DNA from: Candidatus Micrarchaeota archaeon
Lineage (GTDB): Archaea; Iainarchaeota; Iainarchaeia; Iainarchaeales; JAGVWC01
Direction of reading: 5' to 3'
DNA: 64,000 nt
Assembly: GCA_043803815.1 (NCBI GenBank)
Contig: JAZDJR010000014.1
Coordinates: 1 to 64,000 of the forward strand
The position numbers were made by a program, and so were the translations under genes. Position 1 is the first letter of the stretch; each line of letters starts with the position of its first letter. This document shows, in pieces, positions 1-10,282 of this stretch. Under the pieces are notes generated by a model. It was not told the origin of the DNA. It worked only from the letters and a program-made list of their open reading frames with translations, and made no database searches.

Positions 1-54
1 ACAAACCGAACTTTTCGTTAACTTTATCAATCAATGCGATATTTCCAATAGTAT

Positions 55-112
55 AGGTTACGTTTTGTCTCAAAAGGTATCACCTCAATAATGATACCAC
101 AAAACGTAACCT
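55..112. repeat. Nested inverted repeat (AGGTTACGTTTTG/CAAAACGTAACCT enclosing GGTATCA/TGATACC)
   Basis: 13-bp perfect arms at 55-67 and 100-112; inner 7-bp arms at 76-82 and 92-98. Confidence 0.85.
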
Positions 113-235
113 TTTTTTACTCAAAAAGTGGCGAAGTCAGGTTATCAGCCTAATCGACTACAATTTAGGCTGACAATCTTATTGCATTTTGTTAGCCTAA
201 ATTCCGTAAACCTCTTTTTTGAGCATTTAAATAGG

Positions 236-253
236 GTTACGTTATAACGTAAC
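236..253. repeat. 18-bp perfect palindrome GTTACGTTATAACGTAAC
   Basis: Self-complementary; shares the GTTACGTT core with the 55-112 repeat. Confidence 0.85.
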
Positions 254-260
254 GATTAGC

Positions 261-746
261 CTAAACCTTGGCCAGTATAACGGTGTAGTTTTTTCCGTAG
301 TGCTTTGCGCACGCGGGACAGGTGGTATAAAAAAAATAGGTTTTTTGCGCTTCTTTTCCCCGCGATTTTACAAACGACTGCATCTCTTTTGTCCACTTTC
401 CCATATCACCGTAATTTCCCTCGAATGCCTTGCTCAAAAACGTGCCTGAAATCTTTTCCATTTTCACGCCCGGAACGGGCTTACTAACCGCGATGTATAC
501 GTCGGAACCCCACATTGATTTTTCGTCGCACAGCATCAAAGGTTCGGGAGCAGTGGCCCCCGCTTTTTGGATTAGTTCAATGTTTTTGACCATTAATTTC
601 CCGAATCCAAGCGGAATGTGCAAAAAGCTCCGGTAATGGTCTTTGAGGAAAAGCCGGTTCTTGAAAACAATTTCCTTTTCGTCCCAAGGTATGGGATTGA
701 AGCGCGGACAGCATCCGGTTTCGCTGTTTTCATAAAGTTTTTCCAT
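261..746 (-). CDS. Conserved hypothetical protein (GyrI-like / 'bacterial hydrolase' family)
   Basis: 161-aa ORF with GCCPRFNPxPWD N-terminus and FYTTCPxCAKxYGKNY C-terminus typical of this family. Confidence 0.65.
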   Translation of the reverse strand: MEKLYENSETGCCPRFNPIPWDEKEIVFKNRLFLKDHYRSFLHIPLGFGKLMVKNIELIQKAGATAPEPLMLCDEKSMWGSDVYIAVSKPVPGVKMEKISGTFLSKAFEGNYGDMGKWTKEMQSFVKSRGKEAQKTYFFYTTCPACAKHYGKNYTVILAKV

Positions 747-787
747 AACTTTTCCTTACGGTCCTTTTGTTTGTTTTTGTTCCGAGT

Positions 788-3700
788 TTAACCCAGGCAC
801 GTGGAACCGGAAGCCAAAGCCTGTTCGACTTGGGAAATGCTGGCGCCGGTATTGCCGACCTGGTCGTAAATCGTTTTGGGGTTCCACCAAAACGCCGTTC
901 GGCTGCCGGTGTTCGTGACGCATACCTGCCCGTTTTCAACGAGGCTGAATAAGTCGTCAAGTGCGGTTATGCGGTCGGTTTCGGTCTGGCCTTTGCGGTT
1001 AAACGGCATGTTTTGGATTCCCTGCAAGTCCACGGCCGGCAGGCCGGTTTGGTCCGCGGTTGAAAAAACAACATTGCCGGATTGGGTGTTTAATGCAAAC
1101 GCGCTGTTGGTCGGAGTGTAAAAAACGGTTTTCAAATATTCGTCCCCGCCGATGACGGCTTTGCTCCAATCCAACGCATAACTGAACTGCCATGCTTCCA
1201 ACCGGTCGGACTGCGTGGTCTTGCGGTCGGGTTTTTCTTCAAACGCGCTTACCACGGAATCGCCGGAAAAATCCCTGCAGGTTCCAGCGCCGGTCCAAAA
1301 CGACAAGGAATTTCCCGTAGTGGTTGGAATTTGGTTTTCAAGAACCGAATAAAACGCGGAAAACTTTTTCTCGGTAATCGGCTGGCTGATTTTTAAAAGC
1401 ACGGGAGTTGCAATCGTCGGCGTGAACCTGATTTGCTTTGAGGTAAGCCCCGTGGAAGTGATTTCCAAAATAAATCCGCGGTTGGATGGCCGCGAATTAA
1501 GCTCTTCCAAGGAACCGGTGCGCGAAACCGTTGCGGTCTGGATTGGGTTGGAAAACTGGCCGGCCAAAGTTTGAATCGCCGAGTTTCTGGAAATGCTGAA
1601 CGCATCCTGCGGGTTCACGTCGAATCCGGTTCCGTATCCCTGTCGGTTCAACTGGCTTGCTTCGATTCCGACCAAGCCGTCAAACGGCAAAAAGTAAAAC
1701 GGCGAATTAAACGGCGTCTGTCTGGCCGCCAGCAAATCGACGCGCACGCTTCCAATCGGCGTTCCCGTACTGTCAAACAAGTCCCAGTTCGGGCCGTACT
1801 TGACGGTCAGGTCCACGCGGTACAATCCGCTGGTCGGCAATTGCACGGAATCCGAAAACTTTTGCCTGAACACCAAGAGTCCGTCCTTGAAATATTTGTT
1901 GTAATTTTTTCCCTGGCTGTCCTGGTTAAAGTAAGCGGGAGTATCGCCGAAATTGATATTCGTGTAATACTGCGAAAAGTCCTTGAGGAAATCCTCGGTA
2001 TAACCGTCTTGTATCAGGTAAGCGTCAAACGAAATCGTGTCCTGCAGGTCCTGCAGGCTTTTGATTTTGTCCGTCCAATGAACCGAACTCGCGTCCTGCA
2101 CGAAATACGACAAGGACGGGTAGCCGTCGTACAGTTCGGTCGAGTGCGGAAGCCAGCACTCCGTAACGTGGCTTGCCGCGCTGAACGAGCGCCCCGAAAG
2201 CTGGCTGATGGGGTCGGTAACCTGATTTAATTGCTCTTCCATCGGGTTGGTCGGACAGGACAATCCGGGATTGGCTTTGAGGAAATCATCCAGGTTTTTC
2301 ATGCGTTCTAAAATCGTAATCGTGAATTGCGTTGCGTCGCAATACTTGTAATCCGCGTTTTTGGCATCGCACATCGACTCCGAAATGTCGGCGAATTTCC
2401 ACGACAATTTTACCTTGGGAAGCGCTTGCGCTCCCGTCCTTCCGACCATCGCGCCTTGCGTGCACGAAAACGTTTCGCTTTGCACTAACGGCAGGCGCTG
2501 CACCGCGTCGGAAGTCAAAAACTTCAAATGGAATTTTTGGGAATAATCGCTGCTCTGGCCGAAAATATCCATCATCCATCCGCCGCCAAACTGTCCCAAA
2601 GGAAGATTAATCGGCAGGTACGTGATGGGGTTAAAGCGGTGTTCGGTGGCCTTGAAATTTCCCGTGGAATACACCGGCCGGTCACTCGTCACCTCTTTGT
2701 TTTCAAACACCACTCCCGCGGTCTGCGTTTTCATGTCGCCGAAAGATTTGATGGTTTTCGGGTCATACGCCGCGCCGATTCCGGGATTATCCATGTCGAT
2801 TCCTTTTCCGTCGCGCGACAAGTCGATGTTAAATACCTGCATTTGGGACTGCACGTGCGGCTGGTTTTGCGGAGCCTGCTCGTCGGTTCCATCCGGATTA
2901 AACATGCTATCCATAGCCGCCATCATCAGTCCCATTTGCGCGGCCTGGGCCAAAGCGTTTCCAAACGCATTGCTGTTCGCACCGCCGTTGTCTTTGGACA
3001 ATTGCGGCGTGGCATTGGAAACCTCATTCATGGAATCCTTGGCTTTGTTGGCCTTGTCTTGGGCGGTCTTGGTTTTTTCCGCGCTGGTCTTGGACAAATC
3101 CGGAACCGTTTTTTTCAAGTCGGTGTCGTTTACTTTTGCTAACGTCTTGTCCACGCTTTCCGGTCCTTCTTTAATCGCTTCATCCAATTTTCCGTTTGTC
3201 CCGATTTTTTTATCATACTCGGTTTTGAAATCCGCAAATGCGGTATTGCAGGCGGTTCTTTTCGCAGGATCCGAAATCAATGCTATTTTGGCAGGCAGTG
3301 CTTGTACAGTAGCGTCCGCGCAATCCCTTTTTTTGGCCAAATCGTCGAAATTCTTTTTGACCTCATTCAGCTTTCCTTTCGCTTTTTCAAGTTCGGCGTC
3401 TCCTTTGCCGACCGATGCCGATGCTAGTTGCTGGTTGGGAACCGCCTGGGTTTCAATCGTACTTGCGGCGCGCTTTGTTGCGGCGTTGACTTCTTTGGGG
3501 TTTGCCCATTGGCCTTGTTTTCTCGCGGCTTCCATTCCCGCGGAAGCATTTGTCGCACTTGTTCCAACATCGCGGTACTGGCTGCACATCATGTTAAACG
3601 AGCTTAACGCAGTTGCCGGAGGCGCGCTTGCGGGCGGTGCCTGGAAATACGCGGTTACTGGAGTTGCTATTTTTGTTTCCGATGCGCTATGCGCCGTTGT

Positions 3701-6700
3701 CGAACCGGGAACAAACGGAAGCTGGTATTTGTTGACATTAAAACCGCTTGGCTGTTGTATTGTTACCCATGATTGTGAATCCGGATTCCATTGGTCGTAT
3801 CGGTTTCCAAGCCATCCAAACAAAACGGGATATTGTTTTACGTAAGTTCCGCCTTTGACATTAGTCGGGTCCGGCAAAAAGTAATACGGGTCACTACTTG
3901 AACCGTTGGTTGAAGCTTTCGTTGGAACGTCGCTGACAATCCAGCTTTTGCCGTATGGTATCGCTACGTGGGCGGAATTGTCCAAATATCGGTAAATTCT
4001 TCCACCCTCCGGCCCAAACAGGGTTCCCGGCTGGCCGTTATTAAACTTGTTATCCATTCCAAACTGCGTGTAATACTGGTTATCTGCCGGATTTAGCCAA
4101 GCCGGTGCGGGTTGGGTTAAATTTGAATAAAGATACGCTTGTCCGCTTGATGTGTCTTTTGCAACAGCCGTCCACTCGCCATTTTCGTTATCATACCAAT
4201 AGGATTTTTCTGGGATTATTTCGTATCCGCTTTGCTGCACCTGATCTTGAACGACGTATTTTCCAAGATACGAATCGCTAGGTTGAAACTTGTAACCATC
4301 AATCATACCTGTACTATTAAGGACAGGAACAGCTTGGCCATAATTATAATTTGGGTTTTCGCCCAGCGGGCCTACTAAATTATAGTTATTTACTTTTTCC
4401 GAATCTCGCATAGCCGTGGTTCCATTCGGAAACAGATTTTGCATGTCAGTCAAACTGCGTTGAGGCACATATTCGTCTTGAGCTAATTTCTGTGCGTAGA
4501 TTGAATCCAGTTCAGACGGCGTTAAATCAGGCTTCACGGTTTCGTTGCCGGCATATTGTGGAGATAAAATATTCTTCTTAGTGCGCCCATCCGAAGGGTG
4601 GCTACCATCTTCCAATGACTCTACTTTGTTTTGCTTCATTTGTTCAACGGGCTGGTCGGTAGCTGGACTGGTTGGATTTGTCGGCGGAACCGAAGGAGTT
4701 GGTCCGGTTGGTGCCGGCGGTGCCGCGCCCGGAGTACTGGGCTGAACCGGAGTGAAATTGGGCGGGTTGCCGCAAATCTGTGCGTTGTCGCCGGTCAAGT
4801 CGCCGAAGTTTTTTTGGGCGTTGTTAAATTCCGTTCCGATTCCCTTGACGGATGTTTCAAGTCCGCCGCAGTTATCGACGCCTTTGTCAAGTGTATTTTG
4901 CACTATCGTCATTTTGGGATCCGCTGGCCCGCTGGCTGGATTTTTGCATGCGGCGATGAATGCGTCCTGCTTTGTTTTGAAATCAGTGGTTATCAGTCCG
5001 CCGGTTTTGGGTGCGCTTGGTTGATTAGGCGGCGCTTTTCCGTTCACCAGTTCGTCGGTTTTTTTCAAAGCGTCCTGCAGTTTGGTCATGTCTTTGCAGG
5101 CGTCGCCGTTTTTGGCATCGCACTGGCCGGCCAGGTCCTTGGCGGCTTTTTCCGCGTCTTTGGTTGCGTCCTGTCCGTCTTTAAAATCGCCGAATTTTTT
5201 GTCTCCGGCTGCTTGCGCTTCATCTTTGCTTCCTTGCAAAGCATCGGTCAACGGGCCAAGCATGGCGGGAATAAGCCCCGCGGCCATCAACGGCATCATG
5301 TTTCCAAATCCGCCGTCGTCCTTGGGCTCTTTTAGGTTGGCAAAAGCTTGCGCGGGCGCATCCACTACCGTGACGCTTGAAAAGTTTTTGTTCGTAATGG
5401 TTCCGGTGTCTTTTGCCCCGTTTCCTTTGATGAAATATTCATATTTGTCAAGAGAAAAATAATACTGGGGATTGGGGTCGACAATGACATCGATTAACCC
5501 GACGATTTGGTAATCGCGCCCCGGCGGCCTTAGCCATACCGTCAAGCCGTAAATTCCGGCAATGTCCATTCCCGTAATGTGAAGCGTTTTGGTTTGGTGG
5601 TCGGTAGTCAGAGTAAAATTATCCGTGTTCAGATTAATGCTTCCTTCCGCTCCGCCCGAACAGCCGGAATCGTCCAGGCACAAAGCGACTTCCAAATCAA
5701 TCGGCCCGCACGCGCTGGAATCAATCGTCAGGGTTCCTTCTCCTTTGTACGGAATTTTGACATACACTTCGGAAGCGTCCACTCCTGATGTGGCAGAGGT
5801 CGTGTCGGCTGTGGTATTCGAATTCGTTACTGTGGATGTGTCGCTTGAATCGGACTGGAAAAACGCTTTTGTCAAACCGGTTGTGGAATTTATCGGATTA
5901 AACTTATCCGCGGACTCGAAATAATTATTTTGTTTTGAATCGTAATTTTCGGCGGTTTTGCCCGCGAAGTGAACAATGGGGAGTTCGGTTTTGTTTGTTG
6001 CCGCGGGTTGAATGCCTGTGCCAAGCGGATTATTGGTTCCGCCGCTAAACGGGATTGAAACAGGCGTTTGGCCGCCAAATCCGCTGGAACTAGTCGTGTT
6101 TGAATTGGAATTGTTAGTATTGGATAATCCCGCAGTGGAACTTGTGGAATACGTCAGGCAGTTTTCAAGGTTCACGATTAAAATGTCGGCTTTGATGATG
6201 TCGCTGGAAACGTTTTTTGGCCCGCTGTCGGTTGAGGCTGATGCGATAAAATCAACGTCGAATTTTGCGGTCTTGCCGAGTTTTCCCGACTTTGGCGTGA
6301 ACGACAATTCGCCGTAATACGTGTCGCTTGTTTTGCTTTTGTCAAAAAACACGGTCGAATCGCCGGGAAGCAAAGTGTTCGTGTTCGCGCTGTTGCCTCC
6401 GTTGGCCTGGGTCAAGGACAATTCCACGTTGCCAACCATTTCCGAGTTCCATTTCAGTCTGGCCGCAAGATTGCTTAATACAATCGGCTTTCCTTCCACC
6501 GTGCAGTTGTTGGTCAAACTAAACGTGTGCATGATGCGGTTGTCCTGCACCGAGCCGCTCCAGCTTGTTTCGTCAACCGTCAGGCAGGTCTGGTTTTCAG
6601 GCAATCCCGTTAATGCGACATTAATTGTTACCGGAATCGTGAGGGGAATGCGTTCGTTGATTGCGGGGTTTTGCACTTCGATTTCAAGTGCAGCGTCCAG

Positions 6701-9700
6701 TTTTTGGTTTTGGTAAATCGGAATGTCCGCAAGCGATGTTTTTAAAATCGCGATATTTTCGGTCTGTCCCGCCTTGAACACATGGCCTTTGATTTGCTGC
6801 AGATAATTGTCCATTTGGGTTTCGTCCAAAACCCCTTTGAAATTGCCGTGCAGTTTGATTCGGGTAACCGTCAGGTCCAAGTTAAGCTTGTTAATCGCGT
6901 CCACGGACAATATTTCTTCGGTTTGTACGCTGGTTTTAAGATTGGACACAAGCTGTTCGGGGACAAAATAAATAATATTCGAATCAACCGCCAAAGTAAC
7001 GGGGTCGCTGAAATAATCCGGCTTTTCGGCTTTGAATTTCAGTTTGGTTGCGGGAAGCAAGGAAGGCAAATTAAAGGTTACTTTTCCAAGCGGGTTGGTC
7101 AATTGCTGCTGGCCGGTCTTGGCGTGGTCGGGAGTTTCAATCGTCAAAGTCACGAGCGCGTTTTCCAAATCCATTCCGTTGGTTTCGCTTTCATTGTCAT
7201 CAACCGTTATGTGCGCAACTATGGGGGTCGGGGAAAACGGGCCGATAAAATTCGGGTCGAGTTCGATTTTCATGCGCTTGTCGGTGGATGTGTCAAAGTC
7301 GATTATTTTTGAAACAACGATTTGGTTTTCAAAAACAACCGTGATTTCGATTTGGTTGCTGTTTAGTGTTGTCGGAGTAAAATCGACTTTGGCCTGTATT
7401 CCCGTATTGGGCTTGAACTCTCCCGCGTCGATATCTTTAATGATGGAATCGAGAGGACTGGCGTTTGAAAAAACCTGCTGGCTTGCGTTTGAAACCGAAT
7501 AGTTCGTAAATTTGAGTTCGCTGGATTCAACTCCGTTTTTGAGGCTGCGAATCGTGATTTTGGCTCCGGTATAATTGGATTCCGAATTGTTCGACAGGAT
7601 AAACGACAAGGTATACGGTGAATTAATGCGTAGGTCAAACGGAACCGCGGCATCGGTTTTCAAAAACAATCCGTCGCGGATATCCAGCACGCGCAAATTT
7701 GAAAAGCAAAAATTATCGATGCATTCCGCGTCCGCTCCTTCAAAATAGGAAACAATCGCGTGGCTGTTCGCGTACAATCCCTGTTTTTTGTCGTTGTTAT
7801 ACGCGTTTCCAAGTTCGTTGTCGATTGGGTCGCGCAAAACAGAGCCGTTTTTTTGTTCCGCCCATGCGCGGTAATAAATCGGCATTGCGGAATTGGGAAT
7901 CGCGTTTTTTTTCACGAAAATCTTGATGACCGCATTATATGCACGCGGCTGGGGCCGTGTCCATGAGAATTCCGCCCATTTGGCGTCGCCTTTGGACAAG
8001 TTCTTTGGGGACAAGTCCACCAAATTTCCCTTGGGCTCGTTAAACGTGGTTCCCGCAACCAAAGAAGCGTTGCCGACATTGACCCCGCTGATGAGCAAGG
8101 AATCGTTTTCAATGGTTTTGCTTGCACCCACTCTGAAATGGATTCCTGCTTTTTGCCAGTCCGAATTTTCCGGAACCTGCAATTGCATGCGCACAAAATA
8201 GGTTTGTCCGGCCTGCAGTTTGGTTACGGGTTTGTCCGCTTCGTCAAACACCCCTAAAAAAACCGCTTTTGGCCCGCCGCCCAAAAGGCGCGAAGGCAAA
8301 ATTGCATTGATGGTGCGGGAATTGTCCTTGTATAACTGGAATGTTTCGGTTTGGTAGGAAAAATACTGCGGGTTTTTGACAATTATAAAAAGCCGTTTGT
8401 CGGCCTTGGTCTGGAAAGTCGCGGTGCCGCTCGGCAGGGGAATTTCGCCGACCAATTGGTTGTCGCTCGTGCGCAGTTCGGCAATCGAATTGGGAATCAA
8501 TTCGTTGTGCTCGCTAAACGCGTTAATCGTCAGTTCGGTATTTCCGATTTCCATAGTAATGTCAAACCGGCCTTCAACACTCGGGTCATAGGTCTGCTTT
8601 GGGCTTGAACCCTGTGCGGGATATTTTTCTGCGTACGCATACCAGTCCCCCGCCGTGACTCCGGTAAATGCGGCCATGCCGTTCAAATCCGAAGTTTGTT
8701 CCGGAAACGGGCCGATGGTTTGGGTATCCGCGTCGCGCAAAAATACCCTTGCGTTTGAAACCGGCTTTCCGCTTTCGTCGACTATCCTGACTTTAACCGA
8801 ACCCGGCTGGTTAACCGTGGTTTTGGAAAGCGAAATTGAAACTTGGCCGCCGGTCTGGCTGGTTATCATGCTGTTGGAAAAATATCCATCCGCGTACGCC
8901 TCGATTTTAAGTGAAATTTGCTCCGTTCCCGAAAAATCAACCGCGTTTCCCAAGCTTCCGGTTTGGCCGCGGTACAATTCGATTCCGGTAGCCGAATTGC
9001 GGAAAATAATCGTTGCATTGGGAATCGGAGAAAGGGTATCGGCATCGAATGCTTGTGCGCTGATTTGCATTTGAATGTTTTGAGTTAGCGTAACCGTTGT
9101 TTCTCCGGCAGGCAACGATTGCGAAACGATAATTCCTGCGACCGGCTGGCCCGCGTACGTGTGCGACGGGTCGCTGACACTTACGCTATACGTTCCCGCC
9201 TGCAAATCCTCAAACCGCGCCTTGCCCGTGTTAGTTGTTGTTTTTTTCTGAAAAACATTTTCCTTGTATAACGAAACTTCCAGATTGATTCCCGCAACCA
9301 AGTCTCCGCGGTCGTCCTGTATCCTGATTCGAATCGGCTGCATTTGCTCCGGCGCGTCGGGCACAGTGCCTATGCCTTCCAAGCGCAGGGTATTAAACGG
9401 CTGGTCCAAAGAATAATTTTTGGTTTTGAATTCCGACGGCCCCAAAACCGTGACCTGCAAATTTCCGCAGCCAACCGGCTCGCTTAGGGTTATTTTTCCA
9501 AGCTGGTCGGTTTGCATTTGGGTTTCGTTCGGTGCAATGCCGGGCTGGGAACAGGCGACGCTCAGGCTTATTTTTTGGTTGACGGCAAAGCCGCTTTGGT
9601 CCACAAACTGAATCGTTTTGGTTTTGGCCTGCTCCATTGAAGAAAGCAAAAAAGTTTTGGAAACACTTTCGCCTTGAATCTGAACCGTTGTTTGCAAGGG

Positions 9701-10090
9701 CGCGAATTCGGAAACGCTTACCGTAAATCCGACCTGCGAATTCGGGGAAACATTCAGGATTATTTTTCCGTCATTGCCGGTTTTTTTGTCCAAGGTCTGG
9801 CCGCCTGATTGCACCTGTACGGGCAATTGGGGAAGCGGGTTTCCCTGCGAATCCGTAAAAGTCGCGGTCAAAGTCAGGCTTGGAGCAATCGCTCCGCTTA
9901 GCCAGAAAACACCGCCAATCAGCAATGCCAAAATCAGTACAAAAACAATTCCAAAACTGGGAATAAACTTGTCAATCGGGTCTACAACCGCATAAACCGG
10001 AATTCCGCGGTTATCTAAGGAATCCAGCAGGTGATAATAGCCGTCTTCAAGGCCGAAATAAAAATCCTTGATATTATCTATAATCCCCAT
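788..10090 (-). CDS. Giant membrane-anchored surface protein, 3100 aa (carboxypeptidase-regulatory/Ig-like repeats, central helical region, conserved C-terminal domain)
   Basis: Uninterrupted ORF; N-terminal TM after a GLEDGYY..DPID..PSF motif; repeated DxxGxPxxNAxV beta-sandwich starts; paralogy to both neighbouring ORFs. Confidence 0.85.
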   Translation of the reverse strand: MGIIDNIKDFYFGLEDGYYHLLDSLDNRGIPVYAVVDPIDKFIPSFGIVFVLILALLIGGVFWLSGAIAPSLTLTATFTDSQGNPLPQLPVQVQSGGQTLDKKTGNDGKIILNVSPNSQVGFTVSVSEFAPLQTTVQIQGESVSKTFLLSSMEQAKTKTIQFVDQSGFAVNQKISLSVACSQPGIAPNETQMQTDQLGKITLSEPVGCGNLQVTVLGPSEFKTKNYSLDQPFNTLRLEGIGTVPDAPEQMQPIRIRIQDDRGDLVAGINLEVSLYKENVFQKKTTTNTGKARFEDLQAGTYSVSVSDPSHTYAGQPVAGIIVSQSLPAGETTVTLTQNIQMQISAQAFDADTLSPIPNATIIFRNSATGIELYRGQTGSLGNAVDFSGTEQISLKIEAYADGYFSNSMITSQTGGQVSISLSKTTVNQPGSVKVRIVDESGKPVSNARVFLRDADTQTIGPFPEQTSDLNGMAAFTGVTAGDWYAYAEKYPAQGSSPKQTYDPSVEGRFDITMEIGNTELTINAFSEHNELIPNSIAELRTSDNQLVGEIPLPSGTATFQTKADKRLFIIVKNPQYFSYQTETFQLYKDNSRTINAILPSRLLGGGPKAVFLGVFDEADKPVTKLQAGQTYFVRMQLQVPENSDWQKAGIHFRVGASKTIENDSLLISGVNVGNASLVAGTTFNEPKGNLVDLSPKNLSKGDAKWAEFSWTRPQPRAYNAVIKIFVKKNAIPNSAMPIYYRAWAEQKNGSVLRDPIDNELGNAYNNDKKQGLYANSHAIVSYFEGADAECIDNFCFSNLRVLDIRDGLFLKTDAAVPFDLRINSPYTLSFILSNNSESNYTGAKITIRSLKNGVESSELKFTNYSVSNASQQVFSNASPLDSIIKDIDAGEFKPNTGIQAKVDFTPTTLNSNQIEITVVFENQIVVSKIIDFDTSTDKRMKIELDPNFIGPFSPTPIVAHITVDDNESETNGMDLENALVTLTIETPDHAKTGQQQLTNPLGKVTFNLPSLLPATKLKFKAEKPDYFSDPVTLAVDSNIIYFVPEQLVSNLKTSVQTEEILSVDAINKLNLDLTVTRIKLHGNFKGVLDETQMDNYLQQIKGHVFKAGQTENIAILKTSLADIPIYQNQKLDAALEIEVQNPAINERIPLTIPVTINVALTGLPENQTCLTVDETSWSGSVQDNRIMHTFSLTNNCTVEGKPIVLSNLAARLKWNSEMVGNVELSLTQANGGNSANTNTLLPGDSTVFFDKSKTSDTYYGELSFTPKSGKLGKTAKFDVDFIASASTDSGPKNVSSDIIKADILIVNLENCLTYSTSSTAGLSNTNNSNSNTTSSSGFGGQTPVSIPFSGGTNNPLGTGIQPAATNKTELPIVHFAGKTAENYDSKQNNYFESADKFNPINSTTGLTKAFFQSDSSDTSTVTNSNTTADTTSATSGVDASEVYVKIPYKGEGTLTIDSSACGPIDLEVALCLDDSGCSGGAEGSINLNTDNFTLTTDHQTKTLHITGMDIAGIYGLTVWLRPPGRDYQIVGLIDVIVDPNPQYYFSLDKYEYFIKGNGAKDTGTITNKNFSSVTVVDAPAQAFANLKEPKDDGGFGNMMPLMAAGLIPAMLGPLTDALQGSKDEAQAAGDKKFGDFKDGQDATKDAEKAAKDLAGQCDAKNGDACKDMTKLQDALKKTDELVNGKAPPNQPSAPKTGGLITTDFKTKQDAFIAACKNPASGPADPKMTIVQNTLDKGVDNCGGLETSVKGIGTEFNNAQKNFGDLTGDNAQICGNPPNFTPVQPSTPGAAPPAPTGPTPSVPPTNPTSPATDQPVEQMKQNKVESLEDGSHPSDGRTKKNILSPQYAGNETVKPDLTPSELDSIYAQKLAQDEYVPQRSLTDMQNLFPNGTTAMRDSEKVNNYNLVGPLGENPNYNYGQAVPVLNSTGMIDGYKFQPSDSYLGKYVVQDQVQQSGYEIIPEKSYWYDNENGEWTAVAKDTSSGQAYLYSNLTQPAPAWLNPADNQYYTQFGMDNKFNNGQPGTLFGPEGGRIYRYLDNSAHVAIPYGKSWIVSDVPTKASTNGSSSDPYYFLPDPTNVKGGTYVKQYPVLFGWLGNRYDQWNPDSQSWVTIQQPSGFNVNKYQLPFVPGSTTAHSASETKIATPVTAYFQAPPASAPPATALSSFNMMCSQYRDVGTSATNASAGMEAARKQGQWANPKEVNAATKRAASTIETQAVPNQQLASASVGKGDAELEKAKGKLNEVKKNFDDLAKKRDCADATVQALPAKIALISDPAKRTACNTAFADFKTEYDKKIGTNGKLDEAIKEGPESVDKTLAKVNDTDLKKTVPDLSKTSAEKTKTAQDKANKAKDSMNEVSNATPQLSKDNGGANSNAFGNALAQAAQMGLMMAAMDSMFNPDGTDEQAPQNQPHVQSQMQVFNIDLSRDGKGIDMDNPGIGAAYDPKTIKSFGDMKTQTAGVVFENKEVTSDRPVYSTGNFKATEHRFNPITYLPINLPLGQFGGGWMMDIFGQSSDYSQKFHLKFLTSDAVQRLPLVQSETFSCTQGAMVGRTGAQALPKVKLSWKFADISESMCDAKNADYKYCDATQFTITILERMKNLDDFLKANPGLSCPTNPMEEQLNQVTDPISQLSGRSFSAASHVTECWLPHSTELYDGYPSLSYFVQDASSVHWTDKIKSLQDLQDTISFDAYLIQDGYTEDFLKDFSQYYTNINFGDTPAYFNQDSQGKNYNKYFKDGLLVFRQKFSDSVQLPTSGLYRVDLTVKYGPNWDLFDSTGTPIGSVRVDLLAARQTPFNSPFYFLPFDGLVGIEASQLNRQGYGTGFDVNPQDAFSISRNSAIQTLAGQFSNPIQTATVSRTGSLEELNSRPSNRGFILEITSTGLTSKQIRFTPTIATPVLLKISQPITEKKFSAFYSVLENQIPTTTGNSLSFWTGAGTCRDFSGDSVVSAFEEKPDRKTTQSDRLEAWQFSYALDWSKAVIGGDEYLKTVFYTPTNSAFALNTQSGNVVFSTADQTGLPAVDLQGIQNMPFNRKGQTETDRITALDDLFSLVENGQVCVTNTGSRTAFWWNPKTIYDQVGNTGASISQVEQALASGSTCLG

Positions 10091-10282
10091 TGGGCAATCC
10101 CGTCACTTTAGCTGGTTAATCGTAGATAACAACGTTTAACGGTTATTAAAAGTTATCTAAAGCCGGCGGCGTAGAACTCCTCAAAACCGGAAAATAAAAT
10201 CGAATTAATGAGCAAATTCGCGGATTTTACAGGGCGGTTTTTGCGGATAAAAAACCGGAAAAATAAGCAAAAAAGGTTTTCG

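Noticed and set aside
1571-9995. Numerous long plus-strand ORFs (e.g. 2622..3845, 407 aa) antisense to the giant gene
   Set aside because: Shadow ORFs caused by codon bias; no motifs, fully overlapped by a better-supported gene.
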